A stretch of 64,000 nt of DNA from Rhodothermales bacterium (lineage in GTDB: Bacteria; Bacteroidota; Rhodothermia; Rhodothermales; JANQRZ01). Below the pieces are notes generated by a model. It was given only the letters and a program-made list of their open reading frames with translations, was not told the DNA's origin and ran no database searches. Of the stretch, positions 16,385 through 26,140 are shown piece by piece; position 1 is the first letter of the stretch, and every line of letters begins with the position of its first letter. The stretch is from the NCBI GenBank assembly GCA_028284265.1, contig JANQRZ010000018.1:237385-301384 (forward strand). The letters run 5' to 3'. Both the position numbers and the translations under genes were made by a program.

Positions 16385-16454
16385 ACGACCCTCGTTTTTA
16401 TAGAGCATGATATCGTAGTTTAGATTTATATCTACTCTATCCTTCAGACCTACG

Positions 16455-18059
16455 ATGTCCCAAACGGTTGCACTCGGCCTGCTCGGCGTCTCGCTCGACG
16501 GTAGCAAGGGCACCGCCGCACGCTGGGAGCGGTGGCGTCCGAGCGTCGCGCTCTGCCAGCACGAAGACCTCCTCATCGACCGCTTCGAGTTGCTCCATCA
16601 GCCGAAGTTTGCCGACACCGCCGAGGCCGTCGCCACCGACATCCGCACCGTCTCGCCGGAGACCGACGTGCGCCTCCACACACTCGACTTCGATGATGCG
16701 TGGGACTTCGAGGAGGTCTTCCGCACGCTCCACGACTTCGCCGTCGACTACCCCTTCGACCCCGACGCCGAGGACTACCTCGTCCACATCACGACGGGCA
16801 GCCACGTCGCCCAGATCAGCCTCTTCCTCCTCGTCGAGAGCCGGTTCTTTCCGGCCCAGCTGATCCAGACCAGCCCGCCGCGACGAAGCAACGCCAACCC
16901 CGCCGGGTCCTACCGACTCATCGACCTCGACCTCTCGAAGTACGACCGCCTCGCCTCGCGCTTCGAGCAAACATTCTGGGAGGACCTCGACTTCCTCAAG
17001 TCCGGCATCCAGACGCGCAATGCTGCCTTCAACGCGCTCATTGAGCAGATCGAGCGCGTGGCGATCTACTCCCGCGACCCGATACTACTGACAGGGCCGA
17101 CGGGCGCAGGCAAGAGCCAACTCGCCCGACGGATTTACGAACTGAAGCAAACGCGGCGACAGGTTGAGGGCGCATTCGTTGAGGTCAACTGTGCGACACT
17201 GCGGGGCGATCAAGCGATGGCAGCGCTGTTCGGGCATACCAAGGGCGCATTTACCGGTGCCGCTCGCGCCCGCCCCGGCCTCCTCCGCACCGCTGACGGC
17301 GGCGTCCTTTTTCTCGACGAGATTGGCGAGCTAGGACTCGATGAGCAGGCGATGCTGCTGCGGGCACTCGAAGAGAAACGCTTCCTCCCTGTCGGAGCCG
17401 ACGCCGAGGTTGAGAGTGATTTCCAACTCATCGCCGGGACCAACCGAACGCTCACCGATGCTGTCCGGGGGGGCGACTTCCGCGAAGACCTCTTCGCTCG
17501 GATCAACCTCTGGACCTTCCGCCTCCCAAGCCTCCGCGAGCGCCCCGAAGACATCGAGCCGAACCTCGACTACGAGCTATCAAAGGCCGCCCACCGGCTG
17601 AACCAGATGGTGCAGTTCTCGACCGAGGCACGCGCGCAGTTTCTGACCTTCGCCACCTCGACCGAGGCGCGCTGGAGTGCCAACTTCCGCGACCTCAACG
17701 CTGCAGTTACCCGGATGGCAACGCTAGCTCCCGGCGGGCGCATCACCGAAGACGTAGTCACGGATGAGATCGAACGCCTGCGCGCAGCATGGGCCGAGCC
17801 TTTCGATGCACCGGGACAAGACACGGAGCGCCTGCACCAACTTCTCGGTGGCGCAGCCAACGACCTCGACCTCTTCGACCGAGTGCAACTCGCCGAGGTG
17901 AGCCGTGTCTGCGCGCAGGCTCCGTCGCTGTCGGAGGCAGGTCGCCGCCTGTTCGCCGAGTCCCGCAAGCGGAAGAAAACGAGCAACGATGCGGACCGTC
18001 TCCGCAAGTATCTCGCCCGCTTTGGGCTGACGTGGGATGACCTCCATTCCGCACCTTGA
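16455..18059 (+). CDS. rtcR: Sigma54-dependent transcriptional activator RtcR (CARF-like N-domain + AAA+ + HTH)
   Basis: AAA+ Walker A LLTGPTGAGKSQLA and the GAFTGA sigma54-contact motif (HTKGAFTGA). The roughly 190-aa N-terminal domain is typical of RtcR. Divergent from the rsr/rtcBA operon. Confidence 0.9.
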   Translation: MSQTVALGLLGVSLDGSKGTAARWERWRPSVALCQHEDLLIDRFELLHQPKFADTAEAVATDIRTVSPETDVRLHTLDFDDAWDFEEVFRTLHDFAVDYPFDPDAEDYLVHITTGSHVAQISLFLLVESRFFPAQLIQTSPPRRSNANPAGSYRLIDLDLSKYDRLASRFEQTFWEDLDFLKSGIQTRNAAFNALIEQIERVAIYSRDPILLTGPTGAGKSQLARRIYELKQTRRQVEGAFVEVNCATLRGDQAMAALFGHTKGAFTGAARARPGLLRTADGGVLFLDEIGELGLDEQAMLLRALEEKRFLPVGADAEVESDFQLIAGTNRTLTDAVRGGDFREDLFARINLWTFRLPSLRERPEDIEPNLDYELSKAAHRLNQMVQFSTEARAQFLTFATSTEARWSANFRDLNAAVTRMATLAPGGRITEDVVTDEIERLRAAWAEPFDAPGQDTERLHQLLGGAANDLDLFDRVQLAEVSRVCAQAPSLSEAGRRLFAESRKRKKTSNDADRLRKYLARFGLTWDDLHSAP

Positions 18060-18103
18060 AGCCCGTCGCGCCGCGCTGTAGGCGTGTCAACCAAGCAATG
18101 CCG

Positions 18104-18775
18104 TCAAGCCGTCCGCAAAACGGCCTGCTGGAAGGCTGCGATGTTCTCACTAATCGAACCGTCGCCCCGGAAGATGGCGCTTGCAGCGACGAGCACATCA
18201 GCCCCGGCATCGACAAGAGCACGGGCGTTCGTCGGCTTGACCCCGCCATCGACCTCGATGAGTGCTCCGGCTCCGAGCGTGTCGATGAGGCCACGAATCC
18301 GACGGATCTTCCGCACCGATGACTCGATAAATGCCTGCCCCGAAAAGCCGGGGTTGACCGACATCACGAGAATGAGGTCGAGGTCCGGCAGGAGTTCTTC
18401 GAGCAGGTATGGTGGTGTCGCCGGATTCAGCGCAACGCCCGCCTTTGCCCCGGTCTCCTTGATCTGCTGCACGACGCGGTGGAGGTGCGGCGTCGCCTCC
18501 TGATGCACCGTGATGACGGACGCCCCCGCCTCGGCGAAGTCTTCCACGTACCGCTCCGGCTCAGCGATCATCAGGTGGACATCGAGCAGCGTGCCCGTCT
18601 CATCGGCGAGACTCTTCAGCCCCCGCATCACCGGCACACCGAGCGAGATATTCGGGACGAAGTGTCCATCCATCACGTCGATGTGCAGCCACTCACAGCC
18701 TGCTTCGACCGCCGCGCGGGCGTCACGTTCGAGGTGGCCGAAATCGGCAGAGAGAATCGAGGCAGACAGAATCAT
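18104..18775 (-). CDS. rpe: Ribulose-phosphate 3-epimerase
   Basis: ILSADFGHLERD...LHIDVMDGHFVPNISLG...MSVNPGFSGQAFI motifs. Confidence 0.95.
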   Translation of the reverse strand: MILSASILSADFGHLERDARAAVEAGCEWLHIDVMDGHFVPNISLGVPVMRGLKSLADETGTLLDVHLMIAEPERYVEDFAEAGASVITVHQEATPHLHRVVQQIKETGAKAGVALNPATPPYLLEELLPDLDLILVMSVNPGFSGQAFIESSVRKIRRIRGLIDTLGAGALIEVDGGVKPTNARALVDAGADVLVAASAIFRGDGSISENIAAFQQAVLRTA

Positions 18776-19170
18776 TCGCTTTGGCGCTCGCAGTCGCGGT
18801 ACGTCTCCTCGCCGCCGAGGTCTAGGAAAGCTTGGGGGCCGCGAAGCGTCAGCGTGTAGACTGCGTCCTCGCTCAGATACCTAGCGCCGTCCCCACTCTG
18901 AAGCGTCACGCTTTGATCGTCCAAGGTGACGACTGCCGTGCGCCCATCATCCGACCGAGCCACAAAAAAGGACGCATCCTCTGCACAAGTATACTGGATA
19001 CGTGCTGTCAACCCCTGCTTGAAACCATCGGGAGCAAGAGAAGCGTCGGGGTCGCTGGCCTCCTCGTCCTGTACCGAATCATAGGGCTGATCGTCGGGCG
19101 ACGCACACGCGACTATGCCAGACAGCAAAGCAACCCCTAAGCAGAGAGACCATGAACGGTTCATCGACAT
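18772..19170 (-). CDS. MliC-like lipoprotein (membrane-bound lysozyme inhibitor family)
   Basis: Lipobox LLSGIVAC. The pattern Y-x-C ... LQSGDGARY ... YRDC parallels the MliC fold signature (Y.C...SASGARY...C). Confidence 0.55.
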   Translation of the reverse strand: MSMNRSWSLCLGVALLSGIVACASPDDQPYDSVQDEEASDPDASLAPDGFKQGLTARIQYTCAEDASFFVARSDDGRTAVVTLDDQSVTLQSGDGARYLSEDAVYTLTLRGPQAFLDLGGEETYRDCERQSE

Positions 19171-19174
19171 GGCC

Positions 19175-21214
19175 TCAGCTTTTGACGAGCACCCGTGCCG
19201 CGTCAGCGACCGCGTCAGCCGTGAGGCCGAGGTGCGCGTAAATCTCTTGGTACGGGGCCGAAGCGCCGAAGCGGTTTAACCCGATGACCGTGCCATCGAG
19301 CCCGATCCACTCATGCCAGCCCAGCGGATGGGCCGCCTCGATGGCGACGCGGGCGCGGACGGATGGCGGAAGCACGGCATCGCGATAGCTCCGATCTTGC
19401 TCGCGGAAGATCTCCCAGCACGGCATCGAAACGACGCGAGCGGCGATACCCTCGGCAGCGAGTTGATCTTTCGCTTCGAGGGCGAGATGCACCTCGGAGC
19501 CGGTGGCCAAGAGGAGCACATCGAGATCACCGTCCGCATCGGCGAGGACATACGCGCCACGCCGGGTGCCCTCGACGGAGGCATAGGTCGAGCGGTCGAG
19601 CGTGGGTACGTTCTGCCGGGTGAACGCGAAGGCGGTCGGGCCTGTGGTCCGCTCCAGCGCGAGCCGCCATGCCTCGACGGTCTCGTTGGCATCGGCGGGC
19701 CGGATGGTCCAAAGGTTCGGCGTCGCCCGAAGCGCAGCGATGTGCTCGATGGGCTGGTGCGTCGGCCCGTCCTCGCCGAGGCCGACCGAATCGTGGGTAT
19801 AGACCCAAATGACCGGCGCGTGCATCAGCGCCGACAGCCGGACCGCGGGCTTCATATAATCATAGAACGTGAGGAACGTCCCACCGAAACCGCGCAGCCC
19901 GCCGTGAATGGTGAGGCCGTTGAGGATCGCGCCCATCCCGTGCTCACGCACGCCGAAGCGGAGGTAGCGCCCCTCGGGATGTTCGTGCGAGAAGTTTTGT
20001 GCGCCGGAGGTCTTCGTCTTGTTCGACGGCGTCAGGTCCGCCGAGCCACCCATCAGCGAAGGCACCGTGTCGAAGATCGCTTCGAGCACCTTGCCACTCG
20101 CGGCGCGCGTCGCCATGCCTTTCGCGTCGGCCTCGAAGGTGGGGAGTGCATCGGTCCAACCCTCCGGCGGAGCGGGGTCGTGCATTGCATCCCAGGTGGC
20201 GGCGAGGTCGGGGTTGGCCTCGCGCCATGCCGCCCAACGATTCTTCCAGTCGGAGTGCGACTCGGCGCGGTCGCAGGTGGCGCGGCCCATGTATTTCTTG
20301 GCCTCATCCGGGACGTAGAACGTGGGCTCCAGCGGGATGCCGAGGTTCTCTTTGGTCAGCCGGATTTCCTCTTCGCCGAAGGCATCGGAGTGCGCGTCCG
20401 ACGTGCCTGCCTTGTTGGGACTGCCGAAGCCAATCGTCGTGCGAACGTCGATGAGCGTAGGCCGGTCGAGGATACTTTTGGCGGTGCGGAGCGCGTCGCG
20501 GACGGCATCCTTGTCGTGCCCATCCACGGCGCGGATGACGTGCCAGCCGAGTGCCTCATAGCGGGCGACCGGATCCTCGGTGAACGCGAGGTCGGTCGAG
20601 CCGTCGATGGTGATCTCGTTGTCGTCGTAGAGCACGATCAGCTTTCCGAGACCGAGGTGCCCAGCGAGCGAGCAGGCTTCGTTCGAGACGCCCTCCATCA
20701 GGTCGCCGTCGGAGGCGATGACCCACGTCCAGTGATCGACGATCGGGTGGGCGTCGGTGTTGAAGACAGCCGCGAGGTGCTTCTCTGCAATCGCCATCCC
20801 GACGGCCGTTGCGATCCCCTGTCCGAGCGGGCCGGTGGTGGTCTCGATGCCGGGCGAGAGTTCGATCTCCGGGTGCCCGGCGGTGATGCTGCCCCATTGC
20901 CGGAAGTTCGTCAGTTCATCCAGCGTCATGTCCTGATAGCCCGCGAGGTGGAGCAGGCTGTAGAGCAGCATCGACCCGTGCCCGCCAGAGAGCACGAAGC
21001 GGTCGCGGTCTACCCATGTCGGATCCGCGGGATTGTGACGGAGAAACTCGGTCCAGAGGACGGTCGCGGCGTCGGCCATGCCCATCGGCAGGCCGGGGTG
21101 CCCCGAGTCAGCGGCCTCGACCGCGTCGATCGTCAGGCCCCGGATGGTGTTGGCGACGAGGGTTTGTAGGTGCTCGATTTCTTCGGGCGAGGAGGCGACG
21201 GCAGTTTCAGCCAT
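19175..21214 (-). CDS. tkt: Transketolase
   Basis: [24 protein letters not shown] and [12 protein letters not shown] motifs. Start moved to MAETAV at 21214. Confidence 0.95.
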   Translation of the reverse strand: MAETAVASSPEEIEHLQTLVANTIRGLTIDAVEAADSGHPGLPMGMADAATVLWTEFLRHNPADPTWVDRDRFVLSGGHGSMLLYSLLHLAGYQDMTLDELTNFRQWGSITAGHPEIELSPGIETTTGPLGQGIATAVGMAIAEKHLAAVFNTDAHPIVDHWTWVIASDGDLMEGVSNEACSLAGHLGLGKLIVLYDDNEITIDGSTDLAFTEDPVARYEALGWHVIRAVDGHDKDAVRDALRTAKSILDRPTLIDVRTTIGFGSPNKAGTSDAHSDAFGEEEIRLTKENLGIPLEPTFYVPDEAKKYMGRATCDRAESHSDWKNRWAAWREANPDLAATWDAMHDPAPPEGWTDALPTFEADAKGMATRAASGKVLEAIFDTVPSLMGGSADLTPSNKTKTSGAQNFSHEHPEGRYLRFGVREHGMGAILNGLTIHGGLRGFGGTFLTFYDYMKPAVRLSALMHAPVIWVYTHDSVGLGEDGPTHQPIEHIAALRATPNLWTIRPADANETVEAWRLALERTTGPTAFAFTRQNVPTLDRSTYASVEGTRRGAYVLADADGDLDVLLLATGSEVHLALEAKDQLAAEGIAARVVSMPCWEIFREQDRSYRDAVLPPSVRARVAIEAAHPLGWHEWIGLDGTVIGLNRFGASAPYQEIYAHLGLTADAVADAARVLVKS

Positions 21215-21315
21215 GGCGAACGGATGCGAGGTGAGAGAGCGAGACGGCAAGGTAACGCCCGCGACGGCGTTGGGGCTGTACCCCCCGCTTTTCGATTCAT
21301 CACTTCGTTCAGGAA

Positions 21316-21350
21316 TCAAAAAGCTGTCCCCCTCGGCGAGGGGGACAGCT
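21316..21350 (-). terminator. Intrinsic terminator after nuoH
   Basis: Minus strand reads AGCUGUCCCCCU-CGCCG-AGGGGGACAGCU followed by UUUUU (12-bp perfect stem). Confidence 0.75.
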
Positions 21351-21379
21351 TGACGAGCGACAGCAAGGAAAGCAGGGGA

Positions 21380-22417
21380 TCACCCAGCGAAGAACGTGTG
21401 CCAGACGGCGACGAGGCCCGCGATCACGACGATGTTGGCAATCGAGATCGGGAGGAGGTACTTCCAGCCGATGTTCATGAGCTGGTTGTACTTGAAGCGA
21501 GGCAGCGTCCACCGAACCCAGATGAAGACGAAGGCCATGAACGCCGACTTGGCTGTGAACGCGCCCACCTGAAGTAGGGTCAGTAGCACGCCGTCGAGGC
21601 CCAGCACCTCCTGAAGCGGGACCAGGTAGCCGCCGAGGAAGAGCGATACGATCACCATGCTCGCGATGAACATGTTGACATACTCCGCGAGGAAGAACAT
21701 CCCGAACTTCATGCCCGAGTATTCTGTGTGGTAGCCGCCGACGAGTTCTTGCTCGGCCTCGGGGAGGTCGAACGGCGCACGGTTGGTCTCGGCGAAGGCG
21801 GCGATGGTGAAGATGATGAACCCGACCGGGTTGCGGAAGATGTTCCAGCCGAGGATGCTCCACCCGTGATTCTGGCTCTCGACGATGTCGGTCATGTTGA
21901 GCGAGGCGCTCATCAGGATGACCGAGATCACCGCCGCGCCCATCGCGAGTTCGTAGGAGATCATCTGTGCCGAGGAGCGCAGCCCACCCAAGAGCGCATA
22001 CTTCGAGTTCGACGACCAGCCCGCGAGCGTCACGCCGTAGACCGAGAGCGAGGTCATCGCCAGAATGACGAGGATGCCCATGCCGACATCGGCGATCACG
22101 AGGCCCTCGGCAAACGGAATCACGCTCGCCGTCGTCATGGCGATCACCACCATCAGCGTCGGCGCAAAGCTGTGGAGGAACTTGTTGGCCGCCGTCGGGA
22201 CAATGTCCTCTTTGAGGATGAGCTTGACCACGTCCGCGAACGGCGTCAGGATACCCGCCGGACCGACGCGGTTGGGGCCGCTCCGCTCTTGGATGTAGGC
22301 CGCGACTTTACGCTCGGCATAGACCAGCGCCGACGCCGAGAGCAGCAGCACGTTGAGGACGCCGAAGATGACGAGCGGAAGGTCAATGACTTCCCAGATG
22401 CCCGCGATGGTTGCCAT
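21380..22417 (-). CDS. nuoH: NADH-quinone oxidoreductase subunit H
   Basis: Polytopic membrane protein. AERKVAAYIQERSGPNRVGP and FAETNRAPFDLPEAEQELV motifs. Confidence 0.95.
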   Translation of the reverse strand: MATIAGIWEVIDLPLVIFGVLNVLLLSASALVYAERKVAAYIQERSGPNRVGPAGILTPFADVVKLILKEDIVPTAANKFLHSFAPTLMVVIAMTTASVIPFAEGLVIADVGMGILVILAMTSLSVYGVTLAGWSSNSKYALLGGLRSSAQMISYELAMGAAVISVILMSASLNMTDIVESQNHGWSILGWNIFRNPVGFIIFTIAAFAETNRAPFDLPEAEQELVGGYHTEYSGMKFGMFFLAEYVNMFIASMVIVSLFLGGYLVPLQEVLGLDGVLLTLLQVGAFTAKSAFMAFVFIWVRWTLPRFKYNQLMNIGWKYLLPISIANIVVIAGLVAVWHTFFAG

Positions 22418-22459
22418 AGGTGTAAGGGTCAGCGGGCATGGCCCGCGGCGGTTCAGAGG

Positions 22460-24190
22460 TTAAACGGCTTCGCCGACATCTTCGAGCGGGACGCCCGTAA
22501 AGCCCATCGCCTTGTGGGTCGCCCCGGCGAAGGCGTCGGTCTGGGCAAGTTCGTCCATGATGGAGGCGGGACCGTCCCAGCGCATCTTGCGCCCGAGGCG
22601 CTCGGCGATCTCAGGGATGGCGGCCCAGCCGGGCTGGCAGTCGATCTTGTTGCTCTCGTCGTGCCAGCGGTCGAAGGGCGTACCCTGCCGGTCGAGGCGG
22701 CTCAGGCCCATCTCCATCATCTGCGGACGATGCATGTGGCGCGTCGCCTTCGCCGGACGGAGGCGCTGCGCCCGTCCATCGGCGTTGACGTAAGTGCCAA
22801 TGGTCTCAACCGCCATAGCGATGGGAAGCGCGACGTTGGCAAAGGGCAGCGTCTCGTTCGTCGTGTGCGTGTGGTGCAAGATGACCTGCACCCCGTCGAG
22901 GTCGGCTTCGCTCAGGACGCCCATCCCGACGGGGTCGTCCTGCAAGATGTAGAGCACCTTGAGTTCGCCACTGGCAAGGCGCGACTTCAGCAAGTCGGCA
23001 TCGAGTTCCTGCATGCCGAGGCGCTCGCAGCCCTGCGCGTTCGGGGCGCGGTCGTCGGTGATGAGCCAATCGTCGCCCGAGCCTGGCTCGACGTGTGAGA
23101 GGTACTGCGGGGCGGGCGCGCCGAGGTGTTCGGCGAGTTGCATGAGGAGGTAGTTGTCCTCAACCGTGGCAAGGGCCGAGCCGAGAAGGAAGGTCTCGCT
23201 GCCCTCGACGCCTTTCAGCAGGAACGCCGCCGCGTCGTAGGCCTGCCGCCAGTCCGCCGGACCCCGACCGCCATCGCGGAAGAGCATCTCGGGGCCCGCC
23301 GGGCGATCCTCGTTGAAGGTGGTGTAGATCAGCCGCGCCGCGTCGGGCATCCAGTACTCGTTCACATCGAGGTTCTGGCGCGGGGTGATGCGAAGCACCT
23401 CGTTGTCCTTGACCCAGTAATCGACGTTGATGCCCTTCGAGCCGTAGGTCGAGATGCCGGGCGTCTTGGACATCTCCCAGACACGGGCGCGGAACCGGAA
23501 GTAGTCCTCCGTCAGCGCCCCGACCGGGCACAGGTCGCAGACATTCATCGAGTACGGATCGTCGAACTCGACACCGGGCGCGGTGATCGGGTAGTTCTTG
23601 TCGCCCCGGTTGTGGATCGAAAGCTGGTGCGTCTCGGTGATCTCGGATGTGAAGCGCGTGCAGCGCGTGCAGTTGATGCACCGCTCGGCGTCAAGGACGA
23701 CGTGGGGGCCGAGTTGGATGCGCTTCGGCTTGTGGACTTTCTGAAACTCGAAGCGCGAGCCTTCAGGACCAAACTTGTACGCTTGGTTCTGGAGCGGGCA
23801 CTGGCCGGCTTGATCGCAGATCGGACAATCGAGCGGGTGGTTGATGAGCAGCAGTTCGAGGTTATCGACCTGCCCCTCCTCCACGATGTCGTCCGAGCGC
23901 TGGGTGTGAACCACCATCCCATCGGTGATGGCGATGGCGCAGCTCGGCTGGAGCTTCGGCATGAAGTTGATAACCGGCGTGCCGTCCTCGTTCATCTCCG
24001 GCTCGCCCGTCGCCCGGTTCCGCGCCGGGGTGCCAATCTTGACGAGGCACTGGCGGCAGTTAGCCGGGGCGCTCATCGCCGGGTGGTAGCAGAAGTGCGG
24101 CACCTCGATCCCGATGTCCGAACAGAATTGGAGGAGTACATCCCCGTTCTCGAACTCGTAGACCTGATTGTCAATCGTAACGGTGGGCAT
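22460..24190 (-). CDS. nuoG: NADH-quinone oxidoreductase subunit G (75-kDa subunit, short form)
   Basis: MPTVTIDNQVYEF...EVPHFCYHP...CRQCLV..., NHPLDCPICDQAGQC Fe-S motifs. Start moved from 24394 to 24190. Confidence 0.9.
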   Translation of the reverse strand: MPTVTIDNQVYEFENGDVLLQFCSDIGIEVPHFCYHPAMSAPANCRQCLVKIGTPARNRATGEPEMNEDGTPVINFMPKLQPSCAIAITDGMVVHTQRSDDIVEEGQVDNLELLLINHPLDCPICDQAGQCPLQNQAYKFGPEGSRFEFQKVHKPKRIQLGPHVVLDAERCINCTRCTRFTSEITETHQLSIHNRGDKNYPITAPGVEFDDPYSMNVCDLCPVGALTEDYFRFRARVWEMSKTPGISTYGSKGINVDYWVKDNEVLRITPRQNLDVNEYWMPDAARLIYTTFNEDRPAGPEMLFRDGGRGPADWRQAYDAAAFLLKGVEGSETFLLGSALATVEDNYLLMQLAEHLGAPAPQYLSHVEPGSGDDWLITDDRAPNAQGCERLGMQELDADLLKSRLASGELKVLYILQDDPVGMGVLSEADLDGVQVILHHTHTTNETLPFANVALPIAMAVETIGTYVNADGRAQRLRPAKATRHMHRPQMMEMGLSRLDRQGTPFDRWHDESNKIDCQPGWAAIPEIAERLGRKMRWDGPASIMDELAQTDAFAGATHKAMGFTGVPLEDVGEAV

Positions 24191-24215
24191 GGCAGTCGGG
24201 TGAGAGAGCGGGCGG

Positions 24216-24758
24216 CTACGATTGAACGGCAGCCGCAGGCTTGACGAGCGCGCCGTTCGCAGTAAGGATGACCGTCGGCTGCGGCTCGGTGATGGCGTCG
24301 ATTTCTTCCTGCGAGCGGCCCTCGTCTTCGGCGAAGTGGCGGAGCGTCTCGACGCTCGTCGTGTCCATCTTCGCGGTGCCCTCGATGATGACATCGCTCA
24401 CGGGCAGGTCGGTCGGGAAGGTGTAGACGTACTGGCCTTCGGCGTCGCGCGGAACGTCGACGCGGATCGGTGTAGCTGTTGGGTTTTCGAGGGTGAGCCA
24501 GCAGCCTTTGTTGCGGCAGACTTTGGCAATCGTCCCCTCAACGCGGACGACGGTGCCGTCATAAGCCGACGGGTCAGCGGTGAGTTCCGCCGGGGTGATC
24601 ACCACGAGGTCCACGTCCATCGCCAGTTCGTCGCCGTAGCTCATGAACTCGGCGACAGCGGTTTCTGCTTCAGGCTCGGCTTCGTAGGTGTCAGGCGCAT
24701 CGACACAGCCCATGAACAGGAGGGCGAAGGCGAGAGCGAAAAGAGGAAGACGGTTCAT
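24216..24758 (-). CDS. Lipoprotein inserted between nuoF and nuoG (DUF4920-like, KVCxxKGCW motif)
   Basis: Lipobox LLFMGC and the central motif GTIAKVCRNKGCWLTL. The family assignment is from memory and needs an HMM check. Confidence 0.5.
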   Translation of the reverse strand: MNRLPLFALAFALLFMGCVDAPDTYEAEPEAETAVAEFMSYGDELAMDVDLVVITPAELTADPSAYDGTVVRVEGTIAKVCRNKGCWLTLENPTATPIRVDVPRDAEGQYVYTFPTDLPVSDVIIEGTAKMDTTSVETLRHFAEDEGRSQEEIDAITEPQPTVILTANGALVKPAAAVQS

Positions 24759-24769
24759 CGGTCGGGATG

Positions 24770-26134
24770 TCAGGATACAGGAGCAGGTTCAGTGGATGCT
24801 CCATCGCCCAAGTCGGCACCAGCGAAGGTGGACGGCTTGCACTTGGCCTCGAACTCGGGGCGGAAGCGGCGGATGGTCCAGCGGACAGGCCACGCAGCGG
24901 CATCGGCGAGGGCGCAGATCGTCCGGCCCTCAATCTGGTCGCACAGGTCGAGGAGCAGGTCAAGGTCGCGGAAGTTGCCCTCGCCCTCGTCGATCCGGGT
25001 GACGAGCTTTTCGAGCCAGCCGGTGCCTTCGCGGCACGGCGTACACTGGCCGCACGACTCGTGGTGGTAGAAGTGGGTGATGCGGCGGAGGAAACTCACC
25101 ATGTTGGTGTCTTCATCCATCACCAGCATCCCAGCGGTGCCGAGCATCGACCCGGCTTCGCGGAGCGAGTCGGCGTCCATCGTCGTGCCGATGCACTGCT
25201 CGGCGGTGAGGACGGGCGTCGAGCTTCCGCCGGGGACGAGCGCTTTGAGCTTCTTTCCGCCGCGCATCCCGCCGCAGACCTCGTCGATGAGATCGGTGAT
25301 GAGCATCCCGGTCGGGAATTCGTAGACGCCGGGTTTGTTGACGTGGCCGGAGATGCCGTAGAGCACCGGGCCGGGGTGCTTCTCGGCCCCCGTCGCGGCG
25401 AACCAGTCGGCCCCCTTGTTGACGATCAGCGGGACACAGGCGAGGGTCTCGACGTTGTTGATGGTCGTAGGGCGTGCCCAGATGCCCTTCTGCGCGGGGA
25501 ACGGCGGCTTGACGCGGGGATAGCCGCGCTTGCCTTCTAGGCTCTCCATGAGCGAGGTCTCCTCGCCGCAGATGTACGCGCCTGCCCCCTTGTGGACAAC
25601 GATGTCCGTCGAGAAGCCGGAGCCGAGGATGTTCTCGCCGATGTAGCCCTTGGCGTAGGCTTCGTCGACCGCCTTCTGGAAGTGGTCGATCCAGCTCGCG
25701 TACTCGCCGCGGATGTAGATGTAGCACGCCTTCGCCGAGATGGCGTAGTTGGCGAGCACCATCCCCTCAATGACGAGGTGTGGGTTGTACTCGAAGAGTT
25801 GGCGGTCCTTGAAGGTGCCCGGCTCGGACTCGTCGCCGTTGCAGCAGAGGAAGCGCGGCACGTCGGGGTCGACGGGCGGCATGAAGCTCCATTTCAGGCC
25901 GGTGTTGAACGCCGCACCGCCGCGTCCGCGCAGGCCGCTCTGCTTGACGTGCTCGCCCAGTCCTTTCGGATCGAACTTGTTCTCGTTCAGGACGGCGCGC
26001 AGGGCCGAATAGCCGCCGTTCTGCTCGTAGACCTCCAGCTTGTGGAGGTCGCGCACGGGCGGGAGCAGGACGCGCTTGTAGTTGCGCCAGTCGCCCGCCT
26101 TCGAGGTGCCGTCGTTGATCTTAGGTACTTCCAT
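24770..26134 (-). CDS. nuoF: NADH-quinone oxidoreductase subunit F (51 kDa; NADH/FMN-binding)
   Basis: GLRGRGGAAFNTGLKW, CNGDESEPGTFKDR and ESCGQCTPCREG motifs. Confidence 0.95.
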   Translation of the reverse strand: MEVPKINDGTSKAGDWRNYKRVLLPPVRDLHKLEVYEQNGGYSALRAVLNENKFDPKGLGEHVKQSGLRGRGGAAFNTGLKWSFMPPVDPDVPRFLCCNGDESEPGTFKDRQLFEYNPHLVIEGMVLANYAISAKACYIYIRGEYASWIDHFQKAVDEAYAKGYIGENILGSGFSTDIVVHKGAGAYICGEETSLMESLEGKRGYPRVKPPFPAQKGIWARPTTINNVETLACVPLIVNKGADWFAATGAEKHPGPVLYGISGHVNKPGVYEFPTGMLITDLIDEVCGGMRGGKKLKALVPGGSSTPVLTAEQCIGTTMDADSLREAGSMLGTAGMLVMDEDTNMVSFLRRITHFYHHESCGQCTPCREGTGWLEKLVTRIDEGEGNFRDLDLLLDLCDQIEGRTICALADAAAWPVRWTIRRFRPEFEAKCKPSTFAGADLGDGASTEPAPVS

Positions 26135-26140
26135 GATCGC

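Noticed and set aside
19313-21169. 618-aa plus-strand ORF
   Set aside because: Antisense to transketolase, which has unambiguous motifs. This is a high-GC shadow frame.
21728-23098. 456-aa plus-strand ORF
   Set aside because: Antisense to nuoH/nuoG, with an Arg/Asp/His-rich sequence lacking domains.
24191-24394. N-terminal extension of nuoG (similar extensions exist for tkt to 21319, priA to 11194, purB to 31443, yceI to 39350, the NRDE gene to 57029 and tetR to 5019)
   Set aside because: The extensions are Arg/Ser/Pro-rich, overlap neighbouring genes or promoters, and precede Met residues that align with canonical family N-termini.
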